Source: Eledone cirrhosa
Taxonomy: Eukaryota
Direction of reading: 5' to 3'
Assembly: GCA_964016885.1 (NCBI GenBank)
Contig: OZ024742.1
Location: forward strand, 35,774,001-35,838,000
DNA length: 64,000 nucleotides
Positions 28,793-45,378 of this stretch are shown here, in pieces; position 1 is the first letter of the stretch, and each line of letters opens with the position of its first letter. The notes beneath the pieces are model-generated. The model was not told the DNA's origin. It saw nothing but the letters and a program-made list of their open reading frames with translations, and did not search any database. The translations under genes and the position numbers were made by a program.

Positions 28793-30990
28793 TATTACTA
28801 TTTGTGATTCAATAATTTTCGCAGTTTAACTTAAAATGGTTTGGATCCAACATAGAATTGATTTAATATATAATTACAGATTGTCTTTACAATATCTTAA
28901 GGTCAAACAGAGAGAGTAAAAAGGGAAAAGAAAGCAAATAGAAAATAAAGTAAAAAGAGAAATGGGGAAGAATCAAACTCTCTACCTTGAACTGGACAGT
29001 ATATTGCAGCTATGCCTAGCGAACAAGATGGTAAAAGCATTGTGGTGGAAAACTGACAGTAATACCCGCTGCATCAGACATTCCATCTCACAGGTAAACT
29101 CTACAGTCTAAGCTGTACATTTCAGCTTCACCCGAATACAAGATTGTCAAAACGACGCCGCAGAGAACATCCAGCGATATTGGCTGCTGCATCAACCATT
29201 CCACCTCACGAAACTCTTTTCTCAGACATGTTTGTTAGAGGAGCACTTCAGTCCGGGTACCGAGGACATCAAGGACACAATGGAGGCCAGGTAGCACTAA
29301 AAGCAAAAGTTAACCAATACCTGTATTAAATAAATTGACAAATATTTTCATTGTGGTTGCCGGCGAATAATATATAAAGAAAAATGACATCTTTTGAAAG
29401 GATTACACAACAATTTCTTACAACCATGATGGGCATGAGACCGTTAGGTATTGATTAGGGGTGGTAAGACTTAATTCTAAAAATGTTGTGTTGCAAAAAA
29501 TCTTAATTAACTGAGTCTATCCTCGCAATCTCAAAATTAATTTCAAACTGCGGCAGTGGGGTCGAACAAAGAACCACGCAATTGCGAAATGATTTTCCTA
29601 ACTATACTGCCACATTTGCACACATTAGATACAATTAAAATAAATAGATAAATAAATAAATAAACAAATAAATAAATAAACAAATAAATAAATAAACAAA
29701 TAAATAAATAAACAAATAAATAAACAAATAAATAAATAAATAAATCAAGTAGTGTACATACATAGTATGATAACCCATCATTGATGAGATAAAGTTCATC
29801 ATACATCTATCTGCGTATGCAAATAATTAGACACATTCAGAGTTGTTTCCTGGAATCACTAGTTGTTTCAGGTTTTACGTACAACATTCATCCTCATTTA
29901 TGTGACTCACCCATGGTTTATCAAACCTTAGCCCTCTTTCAACAATGGACATCTAGCTGTTCTCTCTGCTACTTTCACATTGTTCTTGGTGGATCTCTTT
30001 CTTGCTCCCGTAAACCAGAGTACCTAGGAGTTGGCCTGCCAACCCTGTATTGTCAACCCCAGCTGACATGAACCTTGTATTCCACCCATTACGAGAGCAG
30101 TCGGATCTTCTGAGGGGAGGGTTTGAATCCCGCTCCTGACAATGATATTATTTTTTATAAATGCCCGTGGACTAGTGGTTATGGTCTTGGCTTCACGGTC
30201 TTAATGTCATGGGTTTCATGCCCTGACCGTGTGACATGTTGTCTCCTTGAGCAAGATGATCCATTTCAATCATTAGAAGAAAATTGGCACTAATAGCAAC
30301 TGGGCAGTTAAATCCTGCAACGGACTGGTGCCCGGCGCAGGAGAAGGAAGGGGTCTTTCATGATAGGACTGGGGACTCTATCATTAAAATATCAAAGAAA
30401 CCTCCTATGAGATACAACCTCATAGGGGACTAATTAAATCTATATAGAGGGAGCTATAACATCAGCAAGCTAAGACTGGGTCCCCTTTAAGAATCACCCA
30501 AGAAACGTCCTATAATATACAACCTCGTATGAGGCCAGCTAAACATAGGTGTAAGTTGTAACAACTATACGTTTACCAACTCCAGGTATCTTTCTCGTTT
30601 CCTGTCTTGCACCTCTTCCATCCGTTCCTCCCAGACAACAGTAAACTCCAGTAAAATGAGCTGTCTTGTAACCCCACAAAGTAGTTTACTTTCATAGTAA
30701 GCTAAGATGAAAATAGATTGTGTTTTACATCATTTACGAAATCTACTTAAAGTAATGTATTATAAAGTAGACAGCCATGTTTACAGTGGAGGAGTATAAA
30801 ACTACTAAAACAAGGAATTGGTGCTAAATTGGTAGAATGCCACACGGAGATTTACACATATTTTACAAAGCTTTGCTGATAGCGATCAAATTTGGTAAAA
30901 CAGTAACGAGCGAGTGTATATATCTATGACATGTATGTGCTCTCATACAGACATACAGTTACACACACACACAGACACACACACACACAC

Positions 30991-31065
<75 letters not shown>

Positions 31066-32944
31066 CATATATACCTTGTTGTTCGACCTCCATCAGTTCC
31101 GATTACTTGTGTTTCAGTCGTGTGATTAACGGATCTGCTGCCTCGTGAAATTTACATGTATGTGGCTGAGCATTCAACAAACGCGTGACCCCTTAACGTA
31201 ATTCTTGTGAAGACACAGCATGATACGGTGTGTGACAAGGATAGCTCCTTTATATTACACGTACAACCCATTTTTTCCAGCTGCGTGGAATAAAGTATCT
31301 TATTGAAAGACACATCCCGCTGCCGGAAATCAAAAACATAACTTTATGATCATGAGATAAACACCCTAATCGTAAGTTCAGAGAGATGTCTTAATGAAGA
31401 CTAGGAGTCTCTCATACATATTAACACACTGCATTCATATACTCTATTGAACATGTCTTAATCCTTTAACATTTAAACCGGCTGCATCCGGCCAGAATTC
31501 TCTCATCTCTTTCTGTTCAAACCGGCTGTTATTGGCCACTCATGCTGATGTTAAGGTATTGTTCTCAAAATAAAAAAATCAAAAAAATCTCATAGATTCA
31601 ATATTATCACAAAAATACAATAATAAATACAGAGTAATGCAAATGCTAAAGGTTAAGGGAAATTTATGGCATACTGCTTGTCTGGTGCATTTAACCCTTT
31701 TTATACCTAATTACCTGAAATCATCCCTGGTTCTACGAAACAAAACTATTCTAACGTGTTTATGTTTATCTAAAGGCCTATCATAATTTCATATGAGAAC
31801 CTTAGTTATGTTCAAAATACCAACTTCATAAAATAAACACCCCAATCACGACATTCAAACATATACACATATATATATATACATATATATGATAAAGTTA
31901 TATCTGTATAAATACAGTGTGTAACTGAGCTTGCACCACCTTGTATAAATATATACACATATCTACTATGTAGGCATGTAAACATATCTAATATGTAGGT
32001 ATGTAAACATACCAGAAATGCGTGTTTATTATCAAATTAGTTCTCTAAATTCTTGGTTATTTCAAAACTGATTTGAAAATCATAGACAGTGTCTTTCTTT
32101 AGAAATATGGGGAAAAAACGTAAAACCTGTTGGGGCCCATCCTTCTCCAGGTCGGAACACAGGTGATGTGAAATTAGATATGCAACTGCCTCAGAAGATC
32201 TGGCCTTACAAAACTAGAAAAGGCTCACCTATTTATTTATTTATTCATTTATTTAATCAAATTAAACGTACACGTAGAGCTGCTTGTAATCTATGATAGA
32301 TTGGGAACATCCCACCGAGGTTATCTTTGCCCTTCATCCTTACGGGGTCGATAAAATAACGTACCAGTAATGCACTGGGATAATTGCTGGCCTTGTGCCA
32401 AAAGTAGAAATAAATATTCCTTATAAATAAGAAATAACAACAAAAGAGAGACAAAGAGAAAAAAAGCAAAAGAAACAAAACGACAGCTATAGAGCAATTG
32501 AATATTTCTGTTGTTGAAATATGTGTGGCTTCCATGCACAAGAAGATCTTGTTTATGGTCGGTAGATCTTTGTCAATATATGGCACCTCAAATCTTTGTA
32601 GATGTTTAAAGACCATTTTTAAAATGCCCTTACACATCGCCTCTTTCTTACTGGTATTTTTTACATTGAAACAAATATTACATGTTATTGAAAAAAGTAT
32701 GTAAAATATTCCAGAAGTTCAGTCTGTTATAACTACGTATATAAACCTGTAGACATACAAATATGTTTATCTTTACACATACATTCATATCCACTCATAC
32801 ATGTCAAAATATACATATCCACTCACACACACACTATATATATATATATATATAGTGAAAAATTGAACGGGAACAAAACAGAGAGGCAGTACGAACAAAG
32901 GTTTATTAATTTCACGCTCTTGAGAGTGCGGTGGTGGTGGGGAA

Positions 32945-32975
32945 CGACGTTTCGGGCATAAGCCCTTCTTCAGGT
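32945..32975 (-). ncRNA. Minimal PLE-type hammerhead (family G) in the TA-flanked module 32855-34195
   Basis: AC-CUGAAGA-AGGGC(UUAU)GCCC-GAAA-CG-UC-GU; stem I weak. Confidence 0.6.
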
Positions 32976-33227
32976 GAAAAGTGTGTGGGAAGAGAGTTCA
33001 AAGGGTGTGTAGGGGAGTGGTGGAGAGACATATAGCAAAAAGGGGGTGGGAGGAAACGGTGCAAATGAAATTAAAAATAAAGGCATGATCAAAATAAAAT
33101 TAAAATGGGGTAAAACAGGTGGTGGAAGGGTGTGGGGCGTGTAGGGGTGGTGGAGGGTGGAGTGAGGAGAGGGAGATGGGGTGTCCGAGAGGGGAGGGCT
33201 GAAGGTGGTGTGTGTGTGTAGGTATAC

Positions 33228-33258
<31 letters not shown>

Positions 33259-34192
33259 AAAGCAAGGGTTGGGGGAAGAACGGAGTTGCATGTTCAGGAA
33301 GAGGTGTATGTGGGGTGGGGTGTAGGTCGGAGTGTGTGTGCGTGTGTGGATAGAGGGGTGGGGAGAGAGGATTCCGGAGGCTGAATGTGTAAATATGTGG
33401 TGGTACGCACGTGTGTGTGTGGTGTTTATGTATGTTGTGGATGTAGGTGGCGTGTGGGAAAAAAAATGTTTGGGTGTGTGTCTGGGGTGAGTCGTAAAGG
33501 TAATTCCGTAAAAAGATGTGGTGGAATGCTGAGTAAAATCCTGGGATGCGGTAGATTCTCGGGATCAAGGTTCACATATGTGTAATCCGTGAAGAGATGG
33601 GTCGGAAGAGGGGAGATGTGGGGTGCGCGCGCAACAGGAAGTGGTCAGAGGGTCAAGGCAGGAGGAGGGTTGTGTGTCTGTGTGTGCGGGGAGGTGGTCA
33701 GGGGCATAGCAGCAGTAGAGTAGAATGGTAAGTGAAGAAAGTCGGTGTGTCAGTGTGTGCGGAGGTGCGGTGGACAGGGGAGAGGATGTGTAGGTGTGAA
33801 AGTTGGAGTGAGGAGGGGGGTGTATTAGTAGAGGCGTTAGTGGGATGTGTGAGTGTTTGATAAAGGGTGTGGGTGGAGCGGGGAGAGAAGGGTGTGGGGG
33901 CCGATGGAGGGAGTGTAGTGCACTGGTGTGTGTGTGTGGTGAAGGGGGTGTTAGTGGGTGTTAGTATACTGGAGGTGGAGAAAGGGTTGAATGCGGGTGT
34001 GAGTGGGGGTCAGTGGTGGTAGGGTGTGTAGAGTGGGTGGTGTAAGAGGGTGTGTGTGTTCGTGTGCGTATGGTTGGGGAGTGTTAGTGATGTTAGTTGC
34101 GTGTAGAGTGGGTGGTGTAAGTGTGTGTGTGTGTTCGTGTGCTTGGGGTCAGGGGGTGTTAGTGATGTTAGTTGCGGGGTGGTGGGGTGGAT

Positions 34193-34288
<96 letters not shown>

Positions 34289-34406
34289 TAGAATGACAGA
34301 GAGAGAGAGAAAGAGGGGGCGGAGAATAAGTAGTCAGATTTTGCAGCTTGTTATAAAACTTTATTTCATATTACAACTATTGTGATATCGATCAGCTCGG
34401 GTTTGA

Positions 34407-35580
34407 TCAGGCGATCAGATCCCGACTCTTAATCGACACCTCCTCAGATGATGTAAGGATGAGTATGTCATCTACATATCGGGTGAAGAAGGCATGGGAA
34501 TGGCAGGTGTTGAGGGCTCGGCATTCTAGCTGGTTCATGTAGGTGATGGCCAGCAGGCCCGATAGGCTGGATCCCATGGGTAATCCTGTTGTCTGTCTGT
34601 ATGTGTGGTGGTGGAAGGTGAAGTACGTGTTGTCTACTGTGAAGGACAAAAGCTGGTGTATGTCCGTCGGGTGGAGGCCGTAGCAGTGGATGTCCTCTGC
34701 GACCACGCAGTCCGTCAATAAATCGACAGCTGGATGAGCGGGGACTGTAGTGTAGAGGGAGACAACGTCGAGGCTAAAAGCGTATTTATTTAGTTTAAGT
34801 TGTTCTGGCTGGAGTTGGTGTAGTCTACGTATAACTTCGTCGGAGCTACTGACATGCCCGGGAAAGGTCGAGAGTAGAGGCTTGAGGACCTGGGAGAGGA
34901 GCCAGGAAATTTTGTATAGGGGTCCTTCTATGCTAGAGACGATGGGTCTTATTTGCGTCTTAGTACTATTCTTGTGGGTCTTGATGAGGTGGTAGAAAGT
35001 GGGCAGTCTGCTATTTCTAGTGGTGTAGTTGAGCTTAACTTTATTTGGGAGTTGTCTTCTCCTACAGATATCGAACCAAATGGAGTTGGTCTGTTTTTCG
35101 ATCTGGGCTGCAGTCATGTCCGGGATCTCGGTGTATAATTCATTGTCGCTTAGGTGTTCAAAGGCTAGGTTATTGTATGTGGCTTGAGAGATGACGCAAA
35201 ACTCTTTACCTTTGTCGGGTGGTAAGTATATAAGTTCCCTATTCCGTAGGTTCTTCAGGGCGAGTTGTTGTGTCCTTGAGAGGTTTGGGGCTATCTTCTT
35301 CTGTTTCCGTAAGATGTTAAATACGGAATGTTTTAGTCTCGAGAGTTTTTCTTCAAGCTCGCGGTTGGCAGGCGGTGGACAGAGTGGGCGATCTAGTTGG
35401 TATATCGGGAATCTGGGTTTGATAGATTCCGTGGTGTTGTTGTCGAGAGTCGATATCCATTTTAGTTGGTAGGCAGTCCGACAGAAATTCGTTTCTATGT
35501 CGAGCCATAATTTGTCGTCCAGTCTCTGTTTCAATATGAACTTGGGACCCAGGCTGAGGAGGTCTAATTCCTCTCGGGAG
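34407..35580 (-). pseudogene. Penelope-like reverse transcriptase, truncated just after YVDD
   Basis: DKG, FYHLIKTHK, IRPIVS, SLDVVSLYTTVP, GLPMGSSLSG, RYVDD. Confidence 0.92.
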
Positions 35581-35715
35581 ATATTATCTCGAACATTAAG
35601 GACATTTAAATAAATCTAAGGTAAAAGACGAATTGTCAACAATATCTTTTGCAATTGCATTCTTTTTTCTATGTCCATACCTGCATTGTTTTGGCTTTAT
35701 TATACATATTCAAAC

Positions 35716-35780
<65 letters not shown>

Positions 35781-35850
35781 TAAGTTATTCCGGGTTGAAA
35801 ATATATATATATATATTACACACACACACACTCACACACACACACACACA

Positions 35851-35936
<86 letters not shown>

Positions 35937-36087
35937 GCAAGATGGTTGGATAACATCCATGAGCTTGGCTGGTCTCGCTTGGGGATTCAGCTGGAACAGT
36001 TGGAGACGGTAGCTTCTGATTGATAGGACCCGTTGGAAGGTGTGTTTGAGGACTCTGACCCTACGACCCTCTCACGAATATCTGGGA

Positions 36088-36161
36088 GAAGAAGAAGAAG
36101 AAGAAGAAGAAGAAGAAGAAGAAGAAGAAGAAGAAGAAGAAGAAGAAGAAGAAGAAGAAGA
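36088..36161. repeat. (AAG)n microsatellite
   Basis: Direct reading. Confidence 0.95.
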
Positions 36162-36772
36162 TATAGTTTTTCATTAACACCAACTATATTGTTTAATGTC
36201 ACGCTTGTTTGCATCTAAACGTCCTGTAATAATTAATGAAATATGTAATGAGAATTAGTAATAATGATATAATTATCAATTTTCATTAAATAATTCATAG
36301 GTAACCGCTGCAGTCGTTTTCTTTTCTCTGTTTCATCTTTTAAAATAAAAATATAACTCTACAAACAATTACGGAAGACATAACGTCCGTTGTTAAAATA
36401 TAATTACACGAAGTATTATGGTGTTGTCAGTAGGTTTCCGGTTTGTATGTGTTTAATGGAAATGCATATGTAGCTGATTATCACTGGTAACATCCACCAT
36501 AGAGAGTTAGTCTACAGAATGAAACATCATTGTATTATTTGTCGGACGCCATGGTTTGTAGCATAGAGTTACGCACCTTTATGGTCTGAGTTCAAATCCC
36601 GCCGAGGTTAACTTTGCCTTTTATCCTTACGGGGTGGATAAAATAAAATACCAGTAATGTACTGCATTAATTCTGGTCTTGTGCCAAAAGTAGAAACAGT
36701 TATTTGTGAACGGTTCTTTCACAGGCTTACAGGACTCAAAAGCCATTTGAGAATCAAGTCAGTATTATGTCG

Positions 36773-36972
36773 NNNNNNNNNNNNNNNNNNNNNNNNNNNN
36801 NNNNNNNNNNNNNNNNNNNNNNNNNNNNNNNNNNNNNNNNNNNNNNNNNNNNNNNNNNNNNNNNNNNNNNNNNNNNNNNNNNNNNNNNNNNNNNNNNNNN
36901 NNNNNNNNNNNNNNNNNNNNNNNNNNNNNNNNNNNNNNNNNNNNNNNNNNNNNNNNNNNNNNNNNNNNNNNN
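36773..36972. other. Assembly gap (200 N)
   Basis: Run of n. Confidence 1.
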
Positions 36973-39179
<2,207 letters not shown>

Positions 39180-39327
39180 GGCGGGCTGTATGCTTACAAT
39201 TAAGTATAATGAAAATAAAAGTTACGGGCGAAAGAGGGTAATATGCATCGTCAGTTATCTGGTATGATTCTTAGCAGACTACTGACGATGGATATTTCCC
39301 TCTTTCGCCCGTAACTTTTATTTTCAT

Positions 39328-39451
<124 letters not shown>

Positions 39452-39454
39452 TGG

Positions 39455-39690
39455 AGGCCTAGCAGTAAGGCTGTTGGACTTCTGACCATAACGTCGTGGA
39501 TTCGATTCCCGGACTGGGTTGTGTATTGTGTTTTTGAGCAAAACACTTCATTTCACGTTGCTCCAGTATATTGCTGGGGAGTTTAACCCTGCGATGGACT
39601 AGCGTCCTATCCAGCAGGAAACATTGTACACTCAGTCGTTTAACGCTATGGTAACCGGGATAAGTACCGGCCTGATGAACCGAGAGAAAT
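39455..39690 (+). mobile_element. Second tRNA-derived SINE family (diverged relatives at ~30165-30345 and ~56750-56900)
   Basis: GGCCTAGCAGTAAGG...GGATTCGATTCCC Pol III-like boxes. Confidence 0.55.
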
Positions 39691-39695
39691 TTTAG

Positions 39696-39831
<136 letters not shown>

Positions 39832-39952
39832 TATTATAGATTCCATAGGTGTGTCAGTTAAAGAAAGTACTCAATATATTGTATATTATATATAGAAATG
39901 ACTTCTACAGGACTAGAACTGTTTCATTCATATGAAATCATGATGAATATAA

Positions 39953-40055
<103 letters not shown>

Positions 40056-40344
40056 TGTATTATATGTTAAACAAATACCCTATCATATATTATCCACAAA
40101 CTGAAACCCGGCCTAACCTCCTCACATATACACATCACACTAGACATAAAGTATAAAAGAAAACAAACCACGCCCTTCAGAACTACACCCAAAATACATT
40201 ACCATACATAACCATAGCCTAACTTATATTAGTTACAACTAAGGATGCAACGGTCGTCGTCAAGCTGCAGCTGTCATATTACATGGTTTCTAAATATCTG
40301 CAGTGAACCAATATCCTAATCAGAAATATTATCGGTGAAATAAA

Positions 40345-40382
<38 letters not shown>

Positions 40383-40385
<3 letters not shown>

Positions 40386-42882
40386 TAAGATGTATGGTAG
40401 GTCGTATGTGAATCGCGATGATCACGTCTGACTTACCAAATATGTGACGGTAGCTAGTTAAGCTCTATGCGTATAAGCAGAGCAGAAATATTAGTGAAAA
40501 AGAACAAAGGAACTATTATGACATTATAACAAGTTTATTGCCGACAGCCGTTTCGTCCGACCCCATGGTGGGACTTATCAAGGCATATAACATGTGATTG
40601 CAAGATCATTGTTTACATCAACGTATCACTCAAGGCTAGCAGTTTGAAATTGTGGTATACATCAGCAACTCCGCTTGTGTAGTTGGGGTCTATATTCTAA
40701 GGGGGCTCTTTTATAATAGTTGTCGGGGTCAGAGATTGAAGTTTAAAAATTAGACAATAATATATAATTTACGCATCAACATTAAACCAAAAGACTTGGG
40801 GTCCCGTAGAAGCACCTTAGAAAATCCCTCAATGAGTGCATAAAGCTTACAGGCTCCAATAAACCTACTAGACTAGAAGAAGATTAAGAGGCTAATAAAA
40901 TTAAAAAAATAAAAATAAAAAATAATAAAAAAAAATTTAAAATAAAAAAAAATAAAATAAAAAAAAAAAAATAAATAAAAATATAAAGTTTCCCTAAAAA
41001 ATATATAAAGTTCCTATGAAATTCCTTCTAGAGAAAAAAAAAAAAATTTTCCGAAAGAAAAAAATCTTCCCGAGAAACCTTGGACTTAGAACCGACAGAC
41101 TCGTCTATCGCGAAAGCGTTCAACCCCTGAAACTAAAAGATCGAACGGACCACTTCCGGCAACCACTGGCTATTGGATCCACAGGTACATCTCCCAGAGA
41201 GTCCACGCAGATAATAGTGAATCCCAGGTGATCCATGAACTTTTAAACGAGACCAGCTGCGCCTGGAGCTATGCAGATGACGACATACGCATAATGGATA
41301 TCGTGCCTGGAGCTATGCAGATGACTGCATAAGCAGAATGGATATCGCGCCCACACGGTCACCAGTACTGTTCATCCTGCTGTATGTATGTAGGCATCCG
41401 TGCGCGGGATATCCCTGATTACATTTTCTTGACCATCAATTGTTAATCGATTGTTTGTTATTTAGGCAGGAATATACCATTGTGTCTGTGCTAATCCTAT
41501 GTGTTGCTGTGTGTGTGTAAAGTATCCGAGCGCGGGATATCCCTGAGCTAATTTTGCCTGACCGTTAATAGTGTTCTGATTACTTGTTGATTGGGCAGGA
41601 ATATATATTGTTGTCTTTGTTGATCCTGTATCAATCATTTTGTGATAATTTTGTAATAATTTCGTGATAATTTTGTAATAATTTTGCGATAATTTTATGA
41701 TAATTTGATAATTTTGTAATAATTTTGTGGTAATTTTATGATGATTTGATAATTTTGTAATGATTTTGTGGTAATTTTGTAATAATTTTGTAATAATTTT
41801 TAATCCTGTATCAATAATTTTAGAATAATTTTTTTTGTGATAATACACTGTTAGATCACTGAAGCTACCTTATACCTTCTTAAAAATACATTTTATAATT
41901 ATTGTCATTTTGCTTATGTATTTTCTTATTTACCACTTTCTTTAATCTTGCCCAACTTGATAAACTCCTTGAATTGCTCCCTAATTCAATTACTTAAATT
42001 ACTTAGATTATTGTATCTATTATGCCTAAGTTGTATCTGTTGAAGTAGCCCTTTGAAAATTCCTCGGATATCCCAAATACCGTAATTTTTAATTTTTTAA
42101 TTTTTTAATTTTTAACTTTTAATGTATAGTTTTCCTCAATTCGTTTTTATATATATCCTTAGAGGCTCTCTAAAATGTTAATTCTTCGAAGGGTCTCTCG
42201 GAAGAAGTTCCTATTGGAAATATTAAAGGGGCCTTTTCTGAGAGATTTATAGAAGGCTCTCAGAATTAAACTCTAATTGATTAGTTTCTTTCAACTTAGT
42301 TTTCAATTCAGTTTTCTGAATTTTGTAAACGTGATCTCGGGGGAAGGTTTTTTTTCTTTCGGAAAAACATTTTTTTTTCTCTAGAAGGAATTTCATAGGA
42401 ACTTTATATATTTTTTATTTTTTATTTTTTTATTTTATTTATTTATTTATTTATTTATTTTTTTTTTTTTTATTAGCCTCTTAATCTTCTTCTAGTCTAG
42501 TAGGTTTATTGGAGCCTGTAAGCTTTATGCACTCATTGAGGGATTTTCTAAGGTGCTTCTACGGGACCCCAAGTCTTTTGGTTTAATGTTGATGCGTAAA
42601 TTATATATTATTGTCTAATTTTTAAACTTCAATCCCTGACCCCGACAACTATTATAAAAGAGCCCCCTTAGAATATAGACCCCAACTACACAAGCGGAGT
42701 TGCTGATGTATACCACAATTTCAAACTGCTAGCCTTGAGTGATACGTTGATGTAAACAATGATCTTGCAATCACATGTTATATGCCTTGATAAGTCCCAC
42801 CATGGGGTCGGACGAAACGGCTGTCGGCAATAAACTTGTTATAATGTCATAATAGTTCCTTTGTTCTTTTTCACTAATATTA
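40383..42882. mobile_element. Fold-back PLE-like element (family I): ~550-bp inverted arms around an ~11-bp TAATTTTGT-type minisatellite
   Basis: Arms ~40487-41075 and ~42335-42880; minisatellite 41635-41845; (TA)n flanks. Confidence 0.8.
42783..42829 (+). ncRNA. Type I hammerhead, U3-A8 core variant (family I; also 40539-40585 -)
   Basis: UGCC-UUGAUAA-GUCC(CACCAUGGGGUC)GGAC-GAAA-CGGCUG-UC-GGCA. Confidence 0.85.
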
Positions 42883-43201
42883 TATATATATATATATATA
42901 TAATTATATATATAAATTACACAATAATCAAAACTATGTTCAAAACATTTTATTGCTGACAATCGTATTACATGGATATTAATGTTGTCATCAGCAGTTT
43001 CATATTTACAGAGTGGAATGGATGTGATAGAGATTACAAGAGAATTGTATAATAATTAAAGAGGCACAGAGTGGAATGTATGTGACAAAGATTACAAGAG
43101 AATAGTATAATAATTAAAGAGGCATTAAGGTAGAAAGTTACTCGTAAAACGAGGACATTAGCAGTACATATGCAATCAATTATATGTCCAAACTTTGCTA
43201 G

Positions 43202-43248
43202 TGCTCCGATGATTCCAATCGAAAGTTTGGAAGAAACGATTGTCAGCA
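43202..43248 (+). ncRNA. Type I hammerhead with U4C core (family J)
   Basis: UGCU-CCGAUGA-UUCCAA(UCGAAAGU)UUGGAA-GAAA-CGAUUG-UC-AGCA. Confidence 0.7.
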
Positions 43249-43733
43249 ATAAAATATTTTGAACATAGTTTTGATTATTGTGTAATTTATATTCCTGCTC
43301 TGTAAAACATCTTATGTATTTACATTTGGCTATCTTTCTTACTGGTAATAAGGTAGTAAGGAATTACTGATCTTTCCTGTTTATAATTGTATATAGTGTA
43401 TATATAACTATAAATAATATTATATATATATATATATATATACTCGGAATTTTTCCTAGAGTGCTTAAAATTATTTGTGACTAATCCCGGTCCTTTTTTT
43501 TTTTTTAAACCGCGATAATATTGCTAGTTTGCTGAACTCCTTACATTTTGTAGAGTTTTTTCGGAATGTTTTTGACTGCTGTTTCTTGTAAATAGACATT
43601 CGTCTCATTCTGACGTCACCAACCATGTCTCTCTATGTGTGTTTATTTTCATAATTCCGCACGAGGTGAACTAGCCTGCTTTTAAATTCCCTTCTTGGCA
43701 TATTTTGTCAGTGGTTTTTGGTTATTCTGTAGA

Positions 43734-43814
43734 GCTCTACTGAGGAACGATTCCTACCGTGACTAATACCAGTCAAAAGTTTCGTGAAATAGTCTTTTTA
43801 AGACTATATAGAGC
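43734..43814 (+). ncRNA. Type I hammerhead with full stem III (family K)
   Basis: GCUCUA-CUGAGGA-ACGA...UCGU-GAAA-UAGUCUU(UUU)AAGACUA-UA-UAGAGC. Confidence 0.85.
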
Positions 43815-44303
43815 ATTTGTAGTTTTTCCAAATTGAAGGATGAGTATTTAAACTTTATTTTATTCTGACTCTATTGGTTTCTTCCCTGGATTTCACAAAA
43901 TCTGTGGATAAAATCTCTGTCTTGATTTTTTTTAATTGAGTTTGAATTATTTTCCCATATCTTACGTTCATTATTTTCCATTTTGACGTTATAGTCACTT
44001 ATATATTATGAAATACTGTTGGCTTCTTGCTCACAATAATTTGTATATTTTCATTTATATATATATATATATAGGAGTAAGTAAGACCCCGACGGCTGAG
44101 CTCAAGCCGTTTCGACGGCGAATTCTAATTCACAGAGTTAGCCGTCGAAACGGCTTGAGCTCAGCCATCGGGGTCTTACTTACTCCTATTACCCACTCTA
44201 CTACCCTAAGTATTGAGTACTTTGGTGCGTTATGGTCAACCTGGTTCCTTACCACTTTTCCCTCGCTATATATATATATTTTTTTTTTTCATTTCTACTA
44301 TTT

Positions 44304-44379
<76 letters not shown>

Positions 44380-45378
44380 TTATTAAAATAACAGATTAAA
44401 GTTTAAGCAAAGAATCGCTGCTTTCTCCCTTAACGGGATCTTCTGAAACTAACAAAGTCAATCTGTAAACGCAGAACTGGATATTTCAAAAAACGTTGCA
44501 ACCGGAGGAAGACAGGAAGACGATACTTTGGTTCGTGGAAACGTTCGCTGGCAAAGAACGGGAAAAAACGAATAATACGTCATTAATAGGAGCGGTGAAA
44601 AACAATTACACGCAAAGACAGAACCACGTTTATGGTATAAAAGAGGTCGTAGACTAATGTTCTCTTAGGTGGTGCATAGAAACGTTCTCTGGCAATGAAC
44701 GAAAAAACGAAGATAATAAGTCATATGTGGAGCGTGGAGAACAATAGCACGCAAAGACAAAACCACGTAAATGGTATAGCAGAAGTCGTAGACTAAAATA
44801 CTAACTAGGAGACCAAATCAATCTCCGCTACAGAGTTAAGAACAAAGTAAAATACAATACAGAAGTAATAGAAACAAATAAATACATACACGCAAACAGA
44901 TACGTACATACACAAGCATCCGCAAAACCTTACCATAGGTATACGAAACCACGCAATATAAATATGTGTGTGTGTGTGTGTATGCTTGTGTACAAATAAA
45001 TAAATAATTATATAAACGTATATAAGTAAATAAATACGTATATAACAAGCGCACGCACATACCTACAAATAAATACACGAAGGTTCGGAGACGTAGGTCA
45101 ACTAAAACAAGAAGTACACATATACACACACCCACCATACTTACGAACCTGCATACTCACGCAGACGCAAAACTCTCGTATACACATAGCCAAACCCTAG
45201 ATACCAGAATATGTAAAAATTATACGCCACGGCAGTCAAATATACGTACGAGAAGGTATACATACCTTCACAAAACATACGGGTAATATATACTTACCTA
45301 TGCAAATAAGTAAAGGAATAAACAAAACATATACTTAGCTCCCGCATCAAGACGTAAAATATCCACGTATAGATCGTG

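Noticed and set aside
44415-44452. Minus-strand CAGAAGA-UCCC(GUUAA)GGGA-GAAA downstream of the PLE ORF
   Set aside because: Position fits a pLTR HHR, but U4 is changed and no UH or stem I can be assigned
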